Of a DNA stretch of 64,000 bases, positions 37,096 to 45,795 are shown piece by piece. This DNA comes from Dehalococcoidia bacterium (GTDB taxonomy: Bacteria > Chloroflexota > Dehalococcoidia > Bin125). The DNA is taken from contig CAXXRD010000005.1 of assembly GCA_963663895.2 (NCBI GenBank), positions 32,001 to 96,000 on the forward strand, written 5' to 3'. The first letter of the stretch is position 1, and every line of letters starts with the position of its first letter. The position numbers were made by a program, and so were the translations under genes. The notes beneath the pieces were generated by a model that was given only the letters and a program-made list of their open reading frames with translations, was not told where the DNA came from and did not search any database.

Positions 37096-38790
37096 TTAGC
37101 CGTCCTGTGGCGCGGCCGGCTGCGCAGCCGATGCGCCGCCCGCGTCCGTTCCACTCTCCGCCATCCGGTGATCGAACAGGGGCCGCTCGGACTTCACCGG
37201 GATCAGCCGGTCGAAGTTATGGGCCGGTGGCGGGGAGCTGGTCGCCCACTCCAGCGTGTTCGCCTCCCAGGGATCGTCGCCCGCCTCTTCGCCGTACTTC
37301 CACGAGTAGAGGATGTTGAAGAGGAAGGGGATCATGCCTGCGGCCACGACGAAGGCCCCGACTGTCGAGACCAGGTTCATCAATTCCCAGCCGCCATAGG
37401 CCGCGTAGTCGTTGATCCGGCGCGGCATCCCATCCAATCCCAGCATCAGTTGGGGCCAGAACAGCATGTTGGCGCCGATGAAGGCGGACCAGAAGTGCAG
37501 CTTGCCCAGCCCTTCGTTCAAAAGCCGCCCGGTCATCTTGGGGAACCAGAAGTACACCGCAGCCAGAATCCCAAAGGCCGCGCCGGTGGCGAGGACGTAG
37601 TGGAGGTGGCTCACCACGAAGTAGGTGTCATGGAGGTGGAAGTCGACCGGCACCGCGGCATGGAAGACTCCCGTGATCCCGCCGATCAGGAACAGCATGA
37701 GGAAGCCAATGGCGAAGAGCATCGCCGTCGGCAGGGTCACGGCTCCCCGGAACATCGTCGCGATCCAGTTGAAGAACTTCACGCCCGTCGGCACCGCGAT
37801 GAGGAAGGTGGAGGCCATGAAGAACGGCAGGAAGACGCCGCCGGTCGTGAACATATGGTGCGCCCAGACGATGAACCCCAGGAGCCCGATCCCCACGATC
37901 GCCAGCACCATGGAGCGGTAGCCGAAGAGGGGTTTGCGGCTGAAGACGGGGATGATCTCGGAGACGACCCCCATGGGCGGCAAGATCATGATGTAGACCG
38001 CTGGATGCGAGTAGAACCAGAAGAGGTTCTGCCACAGCAGCACCTGTCCGCCTTGGCCCGTCGGGTCGAAGAAGGCGCCACCCGCGCCGTTGCGGTCCAC
38101 GAACAGCATGATCAGCGCCGAGGCCAGCACCGGCGTCGCGAGGAGGATCAGGAACGAGGTGACGAGCGTCGTCCACGTGAACAGCGGTAGCCGGAACATC
38201 GTCATTCCGGGTGCGCGCAGCTTGAAGATCGTCGTGAGGAAATTGATGGCGCCGGCGGTTGACGCAGCTCCGAGGACCACGACGCCGACGAGCCAGAGAT
38301 CCGTCCCCGCTCCTAGCGGTTGCGCGTTCGCGCCCGTGTTGCTCGCCACGGGCGGGTACGAAGTCCAGCCGGCCGAGGCGCTGCCACCGGAAAACGCGAA
38401 GGAGCTGACCATCATGATCCCGCCAAAGGCGAACATCCAATAGGACAGCGCGTTCATCCGCGGGAACGCCATGTCGGGCGCGCCGATTTGCAGGGGCACG
38501 ATGTAGTTCATGAAGCCCGCGGCGACGGGCAGGATGAACAGGAACAGCATGATGCTGCCGTGCATCGTGAAGAGCTGGTTGTACGTTTCGTCGCCGATGA
38601 TGGTCCCGGTCTGCGCCAACTCGGTGCGCATTACCAGGGAGAACGCTCCGCCCACGAGGGCGAATCCCAGCGCGGTGAAGATGTAGAGGAGCCCGATCTT
38701 TTTGTGATCCGTAGTGGACAGCCACTCAATGATCACATCGACGGCGCGCATCCCTGCGTAACCGGGGGCTGTTGGTGCGGCCGTTGCCAT
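37096..38790 (-). CDS. ctaD: Cytochrome c oxidase subunit I, A2 type
   Basis: TTDHKKIG, DMAFPR, YSHPAVY (A2 signature), WAHHM, HLHY and MPRR. Confidence 0.96.
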   Translation of the reverse strand: MATAAPTAPGYAGMRAVDVIIEWLSTTDHKKIGLLYIFTALGFALVGGAFSLVMRTELAQTGTIIGDETYNQLFTMHGSIMLFLFILPVAAGFMNYIVPLQIGAPDMAFPRMNALSYWMFAFGGIMMVSSFAFSGGSASAGWTSYPPVASNTGANAQPLGAGTDLWLVGVVVLGAASTAGAINFLTTIFKLRAPGMTMFRLPLFTWTTLVTSFLILLATPVLASALIMLFVDRNGAGGAFFDPTGQGGQVLLWQNLFWFYSHPAVYIMILPPMGVVSEIIPVFSRKPLFGYRSMVLAIVGIGLLGFIVWAHHMFTTGGVFLPFFMASTFLIAVPTGVKFFNWIATMFRGAVTLPTAMLFAIGFLMLFLIGGITGVFHAAVPVDFHLHDTYFVVSHLHYVLATGAAFGILAAVYFWFPKMTGRLLNEGLGKLHFWSAFIGANMLFWPQLMLGLDGMPRRINDYAAYGGWELMNLVSTVGAFVVAAGMIPFLFNILYSWKYGEEAGDDPWEANTLEWATSSPPPAHNFDRLIPVKSERPLFDHRMAESGTDAGGASAAQPAAPQDG

Positions 38791-38811
38791 CGCTTCTCTT
38801 CTCTTCTTTCG

Positions 38812-40170
38812 CTACTGGCTTGGCAGGGTTTGCAGCCAGGCGTAGGTGTCGGCTATGTCCTCGTCGGGTATCACATCGGGGGGGAAGACCGGCATTTGAT
38901 CGCGCGGGTTGCGGTACTGGCTGATCACTTCCTCCAGCGGCAGTGCGGTCCCCGCGATCGGCAGTCCGATGCCACCCTCTCCCTGGTCGCCGTGGCAGAC
39001 GTTGCAGCCGTTGATAAAGAAGAGCTGCTGCCCCCGCACCGGGTCGCCTTGCGGTCCGGCATCTGGGGCGGCTTGACCAGAGGGCTCTGCGCCTGGGGCG
39101 GGTGCCGGAAGCGGCTTCAGGCGTTCCAGCGCCTCCGCCAGTTGGGTATCGAACCACTCCGTGTACGCATCAAGCGGCAGGGCGTGGACCGTGAACAGCA
39201 TACGCGCGTGCTCGCGTCCACAGAACTCCGCGCACTGCCCCTCGTAGTACACGCCCTCCGGCCCGACATCTTCTTCATTGAGATCCACCCACATGGCATG
39301 CACCCGACCAGGCACCAAGTCCAACTTGTAGAGAAACTCCGGCGTATAGAAGGAGTGGATCACGTCCACCGCCGCGAGATTGAAGCGCACCGTTTTGCCG
39401 ATGGGTACGGTCACCACCGGGGTGGGAACGCCGTCTTCCTCCAAGCCGCCCAAGCGCTCCTCGGCCCGTGTCTCCGTGCCGTCGAACAGCAGCCAGATCT
39501 TCGATCCGCTGGGATGCTCCTCCGCGACCGTTCCATCGATCGCGCGGTCGACGACGATGCTGTCGTCTTGCACTTCGACCAGGCGCACATGCTCCACGTC
39601 GATCCGGAGCGAAGTGGTGAACGGCGCCAACTCCGCAAATGCATCGGGGTTCGTGACGGCGAGAGTGCTCTGGGCCTCTCCCTCTGGCAGCATGGAGGCC
39701 GTTGCCGTATTCAGCTCGGCCGAATAGCGGAAGGCCCAGGTCCACTGCCGCCCCAGTACATCGATCGTTTCGACGGGCTCCCCGGCCTCCGGCGACGATT
39801 CAACGTTCTCCAGGATGATGAACGAGTAGACGAAGAGGGCGATCACGATGACCGCCGGTGTGACTGTCCACACTACCTCGGCCATCATGTTGCCGTGTGT
39901 CTGCTTGGGCAGTGCGTCCCCGCGCCGCCGGTAGCGGAAGATTATGTAGACGATCGCGATCTCGACCGCGACGAACACCACCGCCGCCACGATGAAGACG
40001 ACCATATAGAGCGTACGGATCTCGTTTCCCTGCTCGGTGCGCGCCTGGGGCGGAAAGGCCTGTGCGCCGACCGCCTCCAGCGTCGCCAGCATCGCGAGGA
40101 GTGCAGCGGCCACGGCAACGACCGTCAGCCGCAGCATTCGAGAACTCCAGAGGTCGTGCAGCGTCTCCAA
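38812..40170 (-). CDS. ctaC: Cytochrome c oxidase subunit II with a fused cytochrome c (caa3) and an internal insertion
   Basis: QWTWAFRY, DVIHSF, CuA motif CAEFCGREHARM and C-terminal CNVCH. Confidence 0.93.
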   Translation of the reverse strand: METLHDLWSSRMLRLTVVAVAAALLAMLATLEAVGAQAFPPQARTEQGNEIRTLYMVVFIVAAVVFVAVEIAIVYIIFRYRRRGDALPKQTHGNMMAEVVWTVTPAVIVIALFVYSFIILENVESSPEAGEPVETIDVLGRQWTWAFRYSAELNTATASMLPEGEAQSTLAVTNPDAFAELAPFTTSLRIDVEHVRLVEVQDDSIVVDRAIDGTVAEEHPSGSKIWLLFDGTETRAEERLGGLEEDGVPTPVVTVPIGKTVRFNLAAVDVIHSFYTPEFLYKLDLVPGRVHAMWVDLNEEDVGPEGVYYEGQCAEFCGREHARMLFTVHALPLDAYTEWFDTQLAEALERLKPLPAPAPGAEPSGQAAPDAGPQGDPVRGQQLFFINGCNVCHGDQGEGGIGLPIAGTALPLEEVISQYRNPRDQMPVFPPDVIPDEDIADTYAWLQTLPSQ

Positions 40171-40209
40171 TGCCGTTCCGTTTCTTGGCCCGCCGCGGCT
40201 ACGTTCGCC

Positions 40210-41235
40210 CTAATGACCGGTGGCGAAGCTTTTGATGTCTTCGCCCAGCCAGCCCAAGGTCCCCAAAATCGCGAGCGTCAGGCCGGCGCCCAGCAACTCC
40301 GCCGGAAACACCATGCCGAATGCGGTCATGACCGCGCCGATCGCGACGATGATAGGGCTCCAGGAGGGGGGTGCGGTATGGAAGCCCTCCGGCAAGTCCG
40401 CCGCCGCTTCGTGTTGCGCGGCCGCAGGAGCAGCGTCGTCGTCGTGTCCCCCGGCTCCTCCCGTCTCACGGGTGAAGTTCAGAATGTCTTCCCAGAGCCA
40501 GCCGAGCGTGCCGAGGATAGCTGTCGCCAGGCCCGCCCCGAGGAGTTCGGCGGGGAATACCATTCCAAAGGCGGTGAGCGCGGCTCCCAATCCGATCAGA
40601 ATCGGGAAGGGCGATGGCGGCGCCGTGTGGAATGCGTGTTCCTCTGTCGCAGCTCCCGCTTCCAGCAGGGCTGCGGTTCCCGCGGGTAGGGCCGTCCTAG
40701 CGGCCGGCGCGGAGTAGGCTGCCTCTTGCTCGCGCCGCGGCCGCTGATAGCTCCGCGAGCGTAGGAACGGCGGCAGAATCGCGGCGACGAGCCCCCCCAC
40801 GTCGACGCCCGTGTACGCTTCTTCGACTTCAAGCCCGAAGGCGCGCGTCCACCTCCATGCCCGGATCCCCGCGAGCGGGATGCCGAGTTCGTTGCAGAGT
40901 CGATTTGCCCTGCCCGCTTGCCCGGCCGGAACGAACAGGTAGAGCGGCCCCGCCTTGGAGAGCGGGAGCCAGTGCTTCCGCGCGGTTGTCTCCGTTACTT
41001 CATGGCGCAGTGCGATGAGGCCGAGTAGCTCGATGAAGTGGCCTGGCTCCTCGACGACGACGATATCGGGGTAAATCCAGCCTCCCCCGCGCACCTGTAT
41101 CCCAATCTGCTCGTTGGGCACGTTCACGAAGGTTTGCCAGCTGGGATGATCGGCGTTTGGGTACGAGAAGCGCTCCGCAGCGATCTGCTCGACGATATCT
41201 GCTGCCCTGGTGCGCTCTACATCAACCGTCGGCAT
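40210..41235 (-). CDS. Hypothetical membrane protein heading the oxidase operon, with two tandem two-helix hairpins
   Basis: Soluble N-domain (YPDIVVV) and two copies of HTAPPS.P...G..TAFGMVFPAELLGAGL..AILGTLGWL.EDI. Confidence 0.8.
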   Translation of the reverse strand: MPTVDVERTRAADIVEQIAAERFSYPNADHPSWQTFVNVPNEQIGIQVRGGGWIYPDIVVVEEPGHFIELLGLIALRHEVTETTARKHWLPLSKAGPLYLFVPAGQAGRANRLCNELGIPLAGIRAWRWTRAFGLEVEEAYTGVDVGGLVAAILPPFLRSRSYQRPRREQEAAYSAPAARTALPAGTAALLEAGAATEEHAFHTAPPSPFPILIGLGAALTAFGMVFPAELLGAGLATAILGTLGWLWEDILNFTRETGGAGGHDDDAAPAAAQHEAAADLPEGFHTAPPSWSPIIVAIGAVMTAFGMVFPAELLGAGLTLAILGTLGWLGEDIKSFATGH

Positions 41236-41294
41236 GCGGACCGCGCGCTCCCCACCCCGTTTGGGCTGCCCGGCTCGATCGCCAGTGTGACCGA

Positions 41295-41312
41295 TTGTGC
41301 ACGATCGCACAA
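41295..41312. promoter_or_regulatory. Rex/CRP-family-like palindrome upstream of the oxidase operon
   Basis: TTGTGC-ACGATC-GCACAA (TTGTG-N8-CACAA), 60 bp upstream of ATG 41235. Confidence 0.6.
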
Positions 41313-41407
41313 CCAGACACCACCGATAACGCGGTCGACGATCCCGGAGCGTGACGTGGTCTGGGGTGCGCTGCGACGATCAGATGCGCAAGCACACAGG
41401 CGGCCGG

Positions 41408-42577
41408 TTAGGGCGAGAGGGTCTGCGTCGGCTGGTTGACCGGCACGTACTTTGGGCGGTAGATCGCTACCCCCTTGCCGTTGCGGAAGGCCAGGCGCTC
41501 GTCGACGATCTGGGCTCCGATGCCTGCGATTCGTGCCCAGCCGAAGAGCGTTGTGTAGTACTCCGGATCGGTGAACCCGACTGCGTTAAGCAGACTGCCT
41601 GAGACGAGGTCCACGTTGGGGTAAGGGTTGGCGATCTTCGGGTTCTCCTTGAGGATCGGGGGCACGACCTTACGCAGGATCTTCACGATCCGAAACTCGC
41701 GGTTGTCCGGCGCGATCCGCTCGCCCACGGCGATCTGCACCTGTGCTCGCGGATCCTCCTCACGCAATACGGCGTGTCCGAATCCGAAGATCAGCCCGCC
41801 CTCCGCAATGCGCTTCCGCACCCAGCGCTCGACCAAGGCTTCGTCGTCCGTATTCACTTGGCGCACGAACTCCAGGCAGTCTTGATTCGCCCGGCCGTGT
41901 CGCGGCCCCGCCAACCCATTCATCGCCGAAGCAAGGGATTGATAGAGGTCCGCCAGACCGGAGGCCACTGCCTTGCCCGTGAAGGTCGAGAGGTTCCCTC
42001 CGCCGTGATCCATGTGGAGGACGTAGAAGGTGCGCAGCAGGATTGTGAGCTTTTCCAAGTCGCCGCTGGGCATGCCCAGCATGTGGACGAAGTTCGCCAC
42101 GTAGTCCAACGATTGGTCAGCTTCGATCGGGTCGCCCCAGTCCTCTCGGATGCGGAAGATCGCCGCCAACACGCTCGGGATCCGCGCCACCAGGTTCAAG
42201 GCGTCTTCTTTGTAGTCGCCGGTCTTGGCGGTCATTCCGAGCAACTGAATTCCCACGCACAGCATCTCCATGGGATGGGCGCCGGACGGCAGCCCCTTGA
42301 GCGAGGAGTACACCGCTGGGTCGACCTCGGCCCGCTGCTGGAGGTCGCGCCTGAAGGCTGCGGCCTCGTCCGCGCTCGGCAGGTGCTTGTGGAAGAGGAG
42401 GTAGATCACGTCCTCGGGTGGAAGATGCGCGATCTCCGCGATCGGATAGCCGACGTACGAGACGCCCCGCTGCGGATCGACGCCGCTGGTCCAGCATGTT
42501 CCTACGGGGTAGCCGCGGAGGCCGGTATCCAGCTGCTTCTCCGTGATGGTGAACTCGATCGCGGGCCGGTCGCTCAT
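41408..42577 (-). CDS. gltA: Citrate synthase
   Basis: DHGGGNLST, GLAGPRHGRAN, GFGHAVLREEDPR and YPNVD motifs. Confidence 0.92.
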   Translation of the reverse strand: MSDRPAIEFTITEKQLDTGLRGYPVGTCWTSGVDPQRGVSYVGYPIAEIAHLPPEDVIYLLFHKHLPSADEAAAFRRDLQQRAEVDPAVYSSLKGLPSGAHPMEMLCVGIQLLGMTAKTGDYKEDALNLVARIPSVLAAIFRIREDWGDPIEADQSLDYVANFVHMLGMPSGDLEKLTILLRTFYVLHMDHGGGNLSTFTGKAVASGLADLYQSLASAMNGLAGPRHGRANQDCLEFVRQVNTDDEALVERWVRKRIAEGGLIFGFGHAVLREEDPRAQVQIAVGERIAPDNREFRIVKILRKVVPPILKENPKIANPYPNVDLVSGSLLNAVGFTDPEYYTTLFGWARIAGIGAQIVDERLAFRNGKGVAIYRPKYVPVNQPTQTLSP

Positions 42578-42611
42578 CGTCGCTCCATTGTCAATATGCC
42601 GCGTCGACCCA

Positions 42612-43415
42612 TCACCCGACGACGGTTTCGATCCGGAAGCGCACCTTACCCGAGGGGATCGTGACTTCGACTTCGTCCCCCGGCCCGCGCCCAACGAATG
42701 CCTGACCCACTGGGCTGGCTATCGAGATCTTGCCAGCGGTCGCGTCGACCTCATTGTGACCGACGAGAGTGTAATCAACGGTCCTACCTGAAACAAGATT
42801 GGTTGCCGTGACGCTGCTTCCGAGGTGCGCGCGGCCACTCTCCTCTTCCCCGGCTACGACCACGGCGTACTTGATGTCGTACTCGAGCTGGCGGATGCGC
42901 CCCTCCAAGTGCCCCTGCGCATCGCGGGCGGCGTCCAGCGGGGCGTTCTCACGGAAATCCTTGTCCGCCATCGCCAACTTCAGCGCTTGTTGGATCTGGG
43001 GCCGCTGCGCGTGCAATCGCTCGAGCTCTGCCTTGGCGGCGGCCAGGCCGTCCGAGGTCATTTCCACGACTTCGGCCTGTTCGGGGACGGCCGTTGCGCT
43101 CGCACTGGCTCTCTTCGTGCGCTTGACGCGCAAGTGCGCGCCTAAGTTGGTCGCGGTCCAATTCTTCTTTTTTGCGTAGGCCAAGAACTCCTTGACGGGC
43201 GGCAGGCGGTCCATCACATCGGTTGTGGTCCCGAGCGCCTCCTGGTATTGCGTTACTTGGTGCCCTGTGAGGGCATCGAGCCTGCGATCCGATCCGTACC
43301 ATGATGTGAAGCGGGTAATCTCGACCCGAGCCCGCTGATCCACTGATTGGGCTACGGCCTCTAAATACAAGGTCGCGGCCTCTTCAAGCGTCGTGGGTCG
43401 TTGCTGGTCCGCCAC
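42612..43415 (-). CDS. greA: Transcription elongation factor GreA with a ~110-aa N-terminal extension
   Basis: DKDFRENAPLDAAR and GKISIASPVGQAFVG motifs. Confidence 0.88.
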   Translation of the reverse strand: MADQQRPTTLEEAATLYLEAVAQSVDQRARVEITRFTSWYGSDRRLDALTGHQVTQYQEALGTTTDVMDRLPPVKEFLAYAKKKNWTATNLGAHLRVKRTKRASASATAVPEQAEVVEMTSDGLAAAKAELERLHAQRPQIQQALKLAMADKDFRENAPLDAARDAQGHLEGRIRQLEYDIKYAVVVAGEEESGRAHLGSSVTATNLVSGRTVDYTLVGHNEVDATAGKISIASPVGQAFVGRGPGDEVEVTIPSGKVRFRIETVVG

Positions 43416-43602
43416 CGTCCGCTCCTCTTCAGACCGCTCCGCCTGGGGATGCAGGCTGGGATCGGCGCTGCTGCATGCCCATCGTACGAGCGCCGCGCCG
43501 TGGGATTCAACGCGTTCGGGGCTCCACGGGGAGAATTGGGAGCTTGCCCGCGACGCGCACGCGCCGCAGCATGCCGTGGTGGCGATCGGCAAACGAACTC
43601 AG

Positions 43603-44337
43603 ATGCATCCTCCCCCCCCCTCTCCTACTCCCGGCGATGTTCGGGCCGCTCTGACCGCCGCTGGCTTGCCGCTCGACCCCGACGCCGTCCATCGCTTGGC
43701 TGCCTTTCTCGGCGCACTGCTGCGCGCCAACACGCGTCTCAACCTGACCCGCATCACCGATCCCGGCGATGTGCTTGTTCGTCACGTGATCGAGCCGCTG
43801 GCGGGCTGGCGGCTCTTGGCCCCGCGCCTCGCATCGGGCTCCTTGTTCGATGTGGGCAGCGGCGGCGGCACGCCTGGCCTCCCGATCGCTATCGCCGATC
43901 CCAGCCGCGAGGTAGTACTCGTCGAAGCGCGCCGGCGGAAGGCCGACTACCTCCAAGCGACCGTGGAGGAGCTGGCTTTGCCGAACGTTCGCGTGATCCA
44001 AGCGCGTGCCGAGGCCGTCGCTCGTGGAAGGGAGCGCGGGACGGCGGCCGCGGCGGTGGCGCGCGCGCTGGCCCCGCTGCCCGCTGCGCTAGAGCTGCTT
44101 CTGCCGATCGTTGCGGTCGATGGCTGGACGGCGGTCTTCGCTGGCCCTGCGCTGACATCGCAGCTTCCCGCTGCCGCTCGCTCCGCTGCGCATCTCGGCG
44201 CTGAGCCCCCCCTCGTTCTCGACGTGACTTGGGTCGGCTCGTCGCGCGCCGCGAAGCTGGCGCTCGCACGGAAGCGCGTGCCGACTCCCGACCGCTTTCC
44301 GCGCGCACCTGCGGCGATGCGCCGTCCCCCGGGCTGA
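43603..44337 (+). CDS. rsmG: 16S rRNA m7G527 methyltransferase
   Basis: NLTRIT, DVGSGGGTPGLP, RAE, ARALA and TPDRFPR motifs. Confidence 0.9.
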   Translation: MHPPPPSPTPGDVRAALTAAGLPLDPDAVHRLAAFLGALLRANTRLNLTRITDPGDVLVRHVIEPLAGWRLLAPRLASGSLFDVGSGGGTPGLPIAIADPSREVVLVEARRRKADYLQATVEELALPNVRVIQARAEAVARGRERGTAAAAVARALAPLPAALELLLPIVAVDGWTAVFAGPALTSQLPAAARSAAHLGAEPPLVLDVTWVGSSRAAKLALARKRVPTPDRFPRAPAAMRRPPG

Positions 44338-44341
44338 GGCG

Positions 44342-45370
44342 CTAGGGCTCGAGGACCAGCCGGCCGTACACTTCCCGGCTCTCGATCAGGGTCTGTGCCG
44401 CGCCCGCGTCCGCGAGGGAGAACCGCTGCTGGATGACCGGTTGCAACTTTCCTTCGGCGACGAGCTCCAGTACCCGTTGTCCGATGGCTCGTGTCGAGCG
44501 TCCACAGCCGTGCAACGTCGCGTGCTTGCGAAACAGCTGGATCATGTCCACCGGAACGACCTCGCCCGCGTGCGCGCCGACGCTCAGCAGCCGGCCCCCG
44601 GGTGCGAGTGCGGCGATGCTCTGCTGCAGGACGTTGCCGCCGACGCAATCGAAGACACAGTCCACGCCGCGGCCTTCGGTGAGGTCGCGCACGCGCGCCT
44701 CGATCGGCTCGTCGCGGTAGTTGATCGTGCCTTCGGCGCCGGCGGCGCGAGCTCGCTCGAGCTTTGCCGCCGATCCCGCCGTTGCGATGATCCGCGCTCC
44801 CGTCAGCGCCGCGACCTGCAGACCCGCCGATCCGACGCCGCTGCCCACCGCGTTAATGAGCAGCGTCTCTCCTCCTTGCAGATGTCCCACCTCGATCAAG
44901 GCTTCCCAGGCCGTCGCGAACGGGATGTAGGCTGAGACGGCTTCCGCGTCGTCGGGGCCGTCCGGAACGCGTACGAGGTGCTGGCGTCCCACTTTGACGT
45001 ACTCGGCATAGGTGCCCCAGACGGTCGCTCCCAGGATGCCGGCTGCCTGGCAAGTGTTCTCCCGTCCCGCCGTACAGTCGGCGCATGAGCCGCAATGCAG
45101 GATGAAGTGCGGGACGACTCGCTCGCCTAGCTGCCACTCTTCGACGCCCGTGCCGAGGGCTGCCACCTCGCCCACGGCGTCCACCCCCATGACATGTGGG
45201 AAGGGACTGGCGATCCCCGCACTGCCATTGCGGATGTCGAGGTCGATATGGTTGACGCCGGCCGCGCGCACCCGCACCAGCACTTCGCCGGGACCAGGAT
45301 CGGGAGTGGGGAGGGTTTCGTAGTGCAGGGCGTCGACGCCGCCGTGCTGGTGAAGAGCGATCGCTTTCAT
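44342..45370 (-). CDS. Zinc-binding (MDR) alcohol dehydrogenase/quinone oxidoreductase family protein
   Basis: GVNHIDL, structural-Zn motif CGSCADC...C, and GSGVGSA. Confidence 0.9.
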   Translation of the reverse strand: MKAIALHQHGGVDALHYETLPTPDPGPGEVLVRVRAAGVNHIDLDIRNGSAGIASPFPHVMGVDAVGEVAALGTGVEEWQLGERVVPHFILHCGSCADCTAGRENTCQAAGILGATVWGTYAEYVKVGRQHLVRVPDGPDDAEAVSAYIPFATAWEALIEVGHLQGGETLLINAVGSGVGSAGLQVAALTGARIIATAGSAAKLERARAAGAEGTINYRDEPIEARVRDLTEGRGVDCVFDCVGGNVLQQSIAALAPGGRLLSVGAHAGEVVPVDMIQLFRKHATLHGCGRSTRAIGQRVLELVAEGKLQPVIQQRFSLADAGAAQTLIESREVYGRLVLEP

Positions 45371-45795
45371 AGATGCATTGGCTTCCTGCACTGTGGATGG
45401 AGGTCACTGCAAGGGCCGTCGGTATGGGGCTTTCGAACGCCGCCGGCTCGAACACCGCTCGGCGCCGGTCCGCTTATGGACCTGCGCGCTGGATTGTGTC
45501 ACAAGTGCGGGTCACTGGACGCGGGCCGTGGTCTCGCGGAATGTGGACGTGCCGCTTCCTAGAATCGCGAGGTCGGCTGGACGGGCGGGCACGAAATCGC
45601 GGAAGTCTGCGCGGGGCCGAAAGTCGCGACGGGAGGGCAGGCCATACCATCGACTGATGCGAGTTATGGTCGCCGCTTTGCAGTGATCGTCGCATCACCG
45701 GAAGGTGACTCGCTTCTGAACGCGGTTTCATTGACCGAGTGACGGTGCCCTTCGGATAATCGATTACACGTGCCCAACAGAAGGATTGCGGTTCC

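Noticed and set aside
38320-40689. 789-aa plus-strand ORF and many other long overlapping ORFs
   Set aside because: These are antisense or alternative-frame shadows of real genes, as expected in high-GC DNA, and carry no recognisable motifs.
45560-45795. T-box leader upstream of leuS
   Set aside because: No GGTGGNACCGCG T-box sequence or terminator/U-tract is visible.
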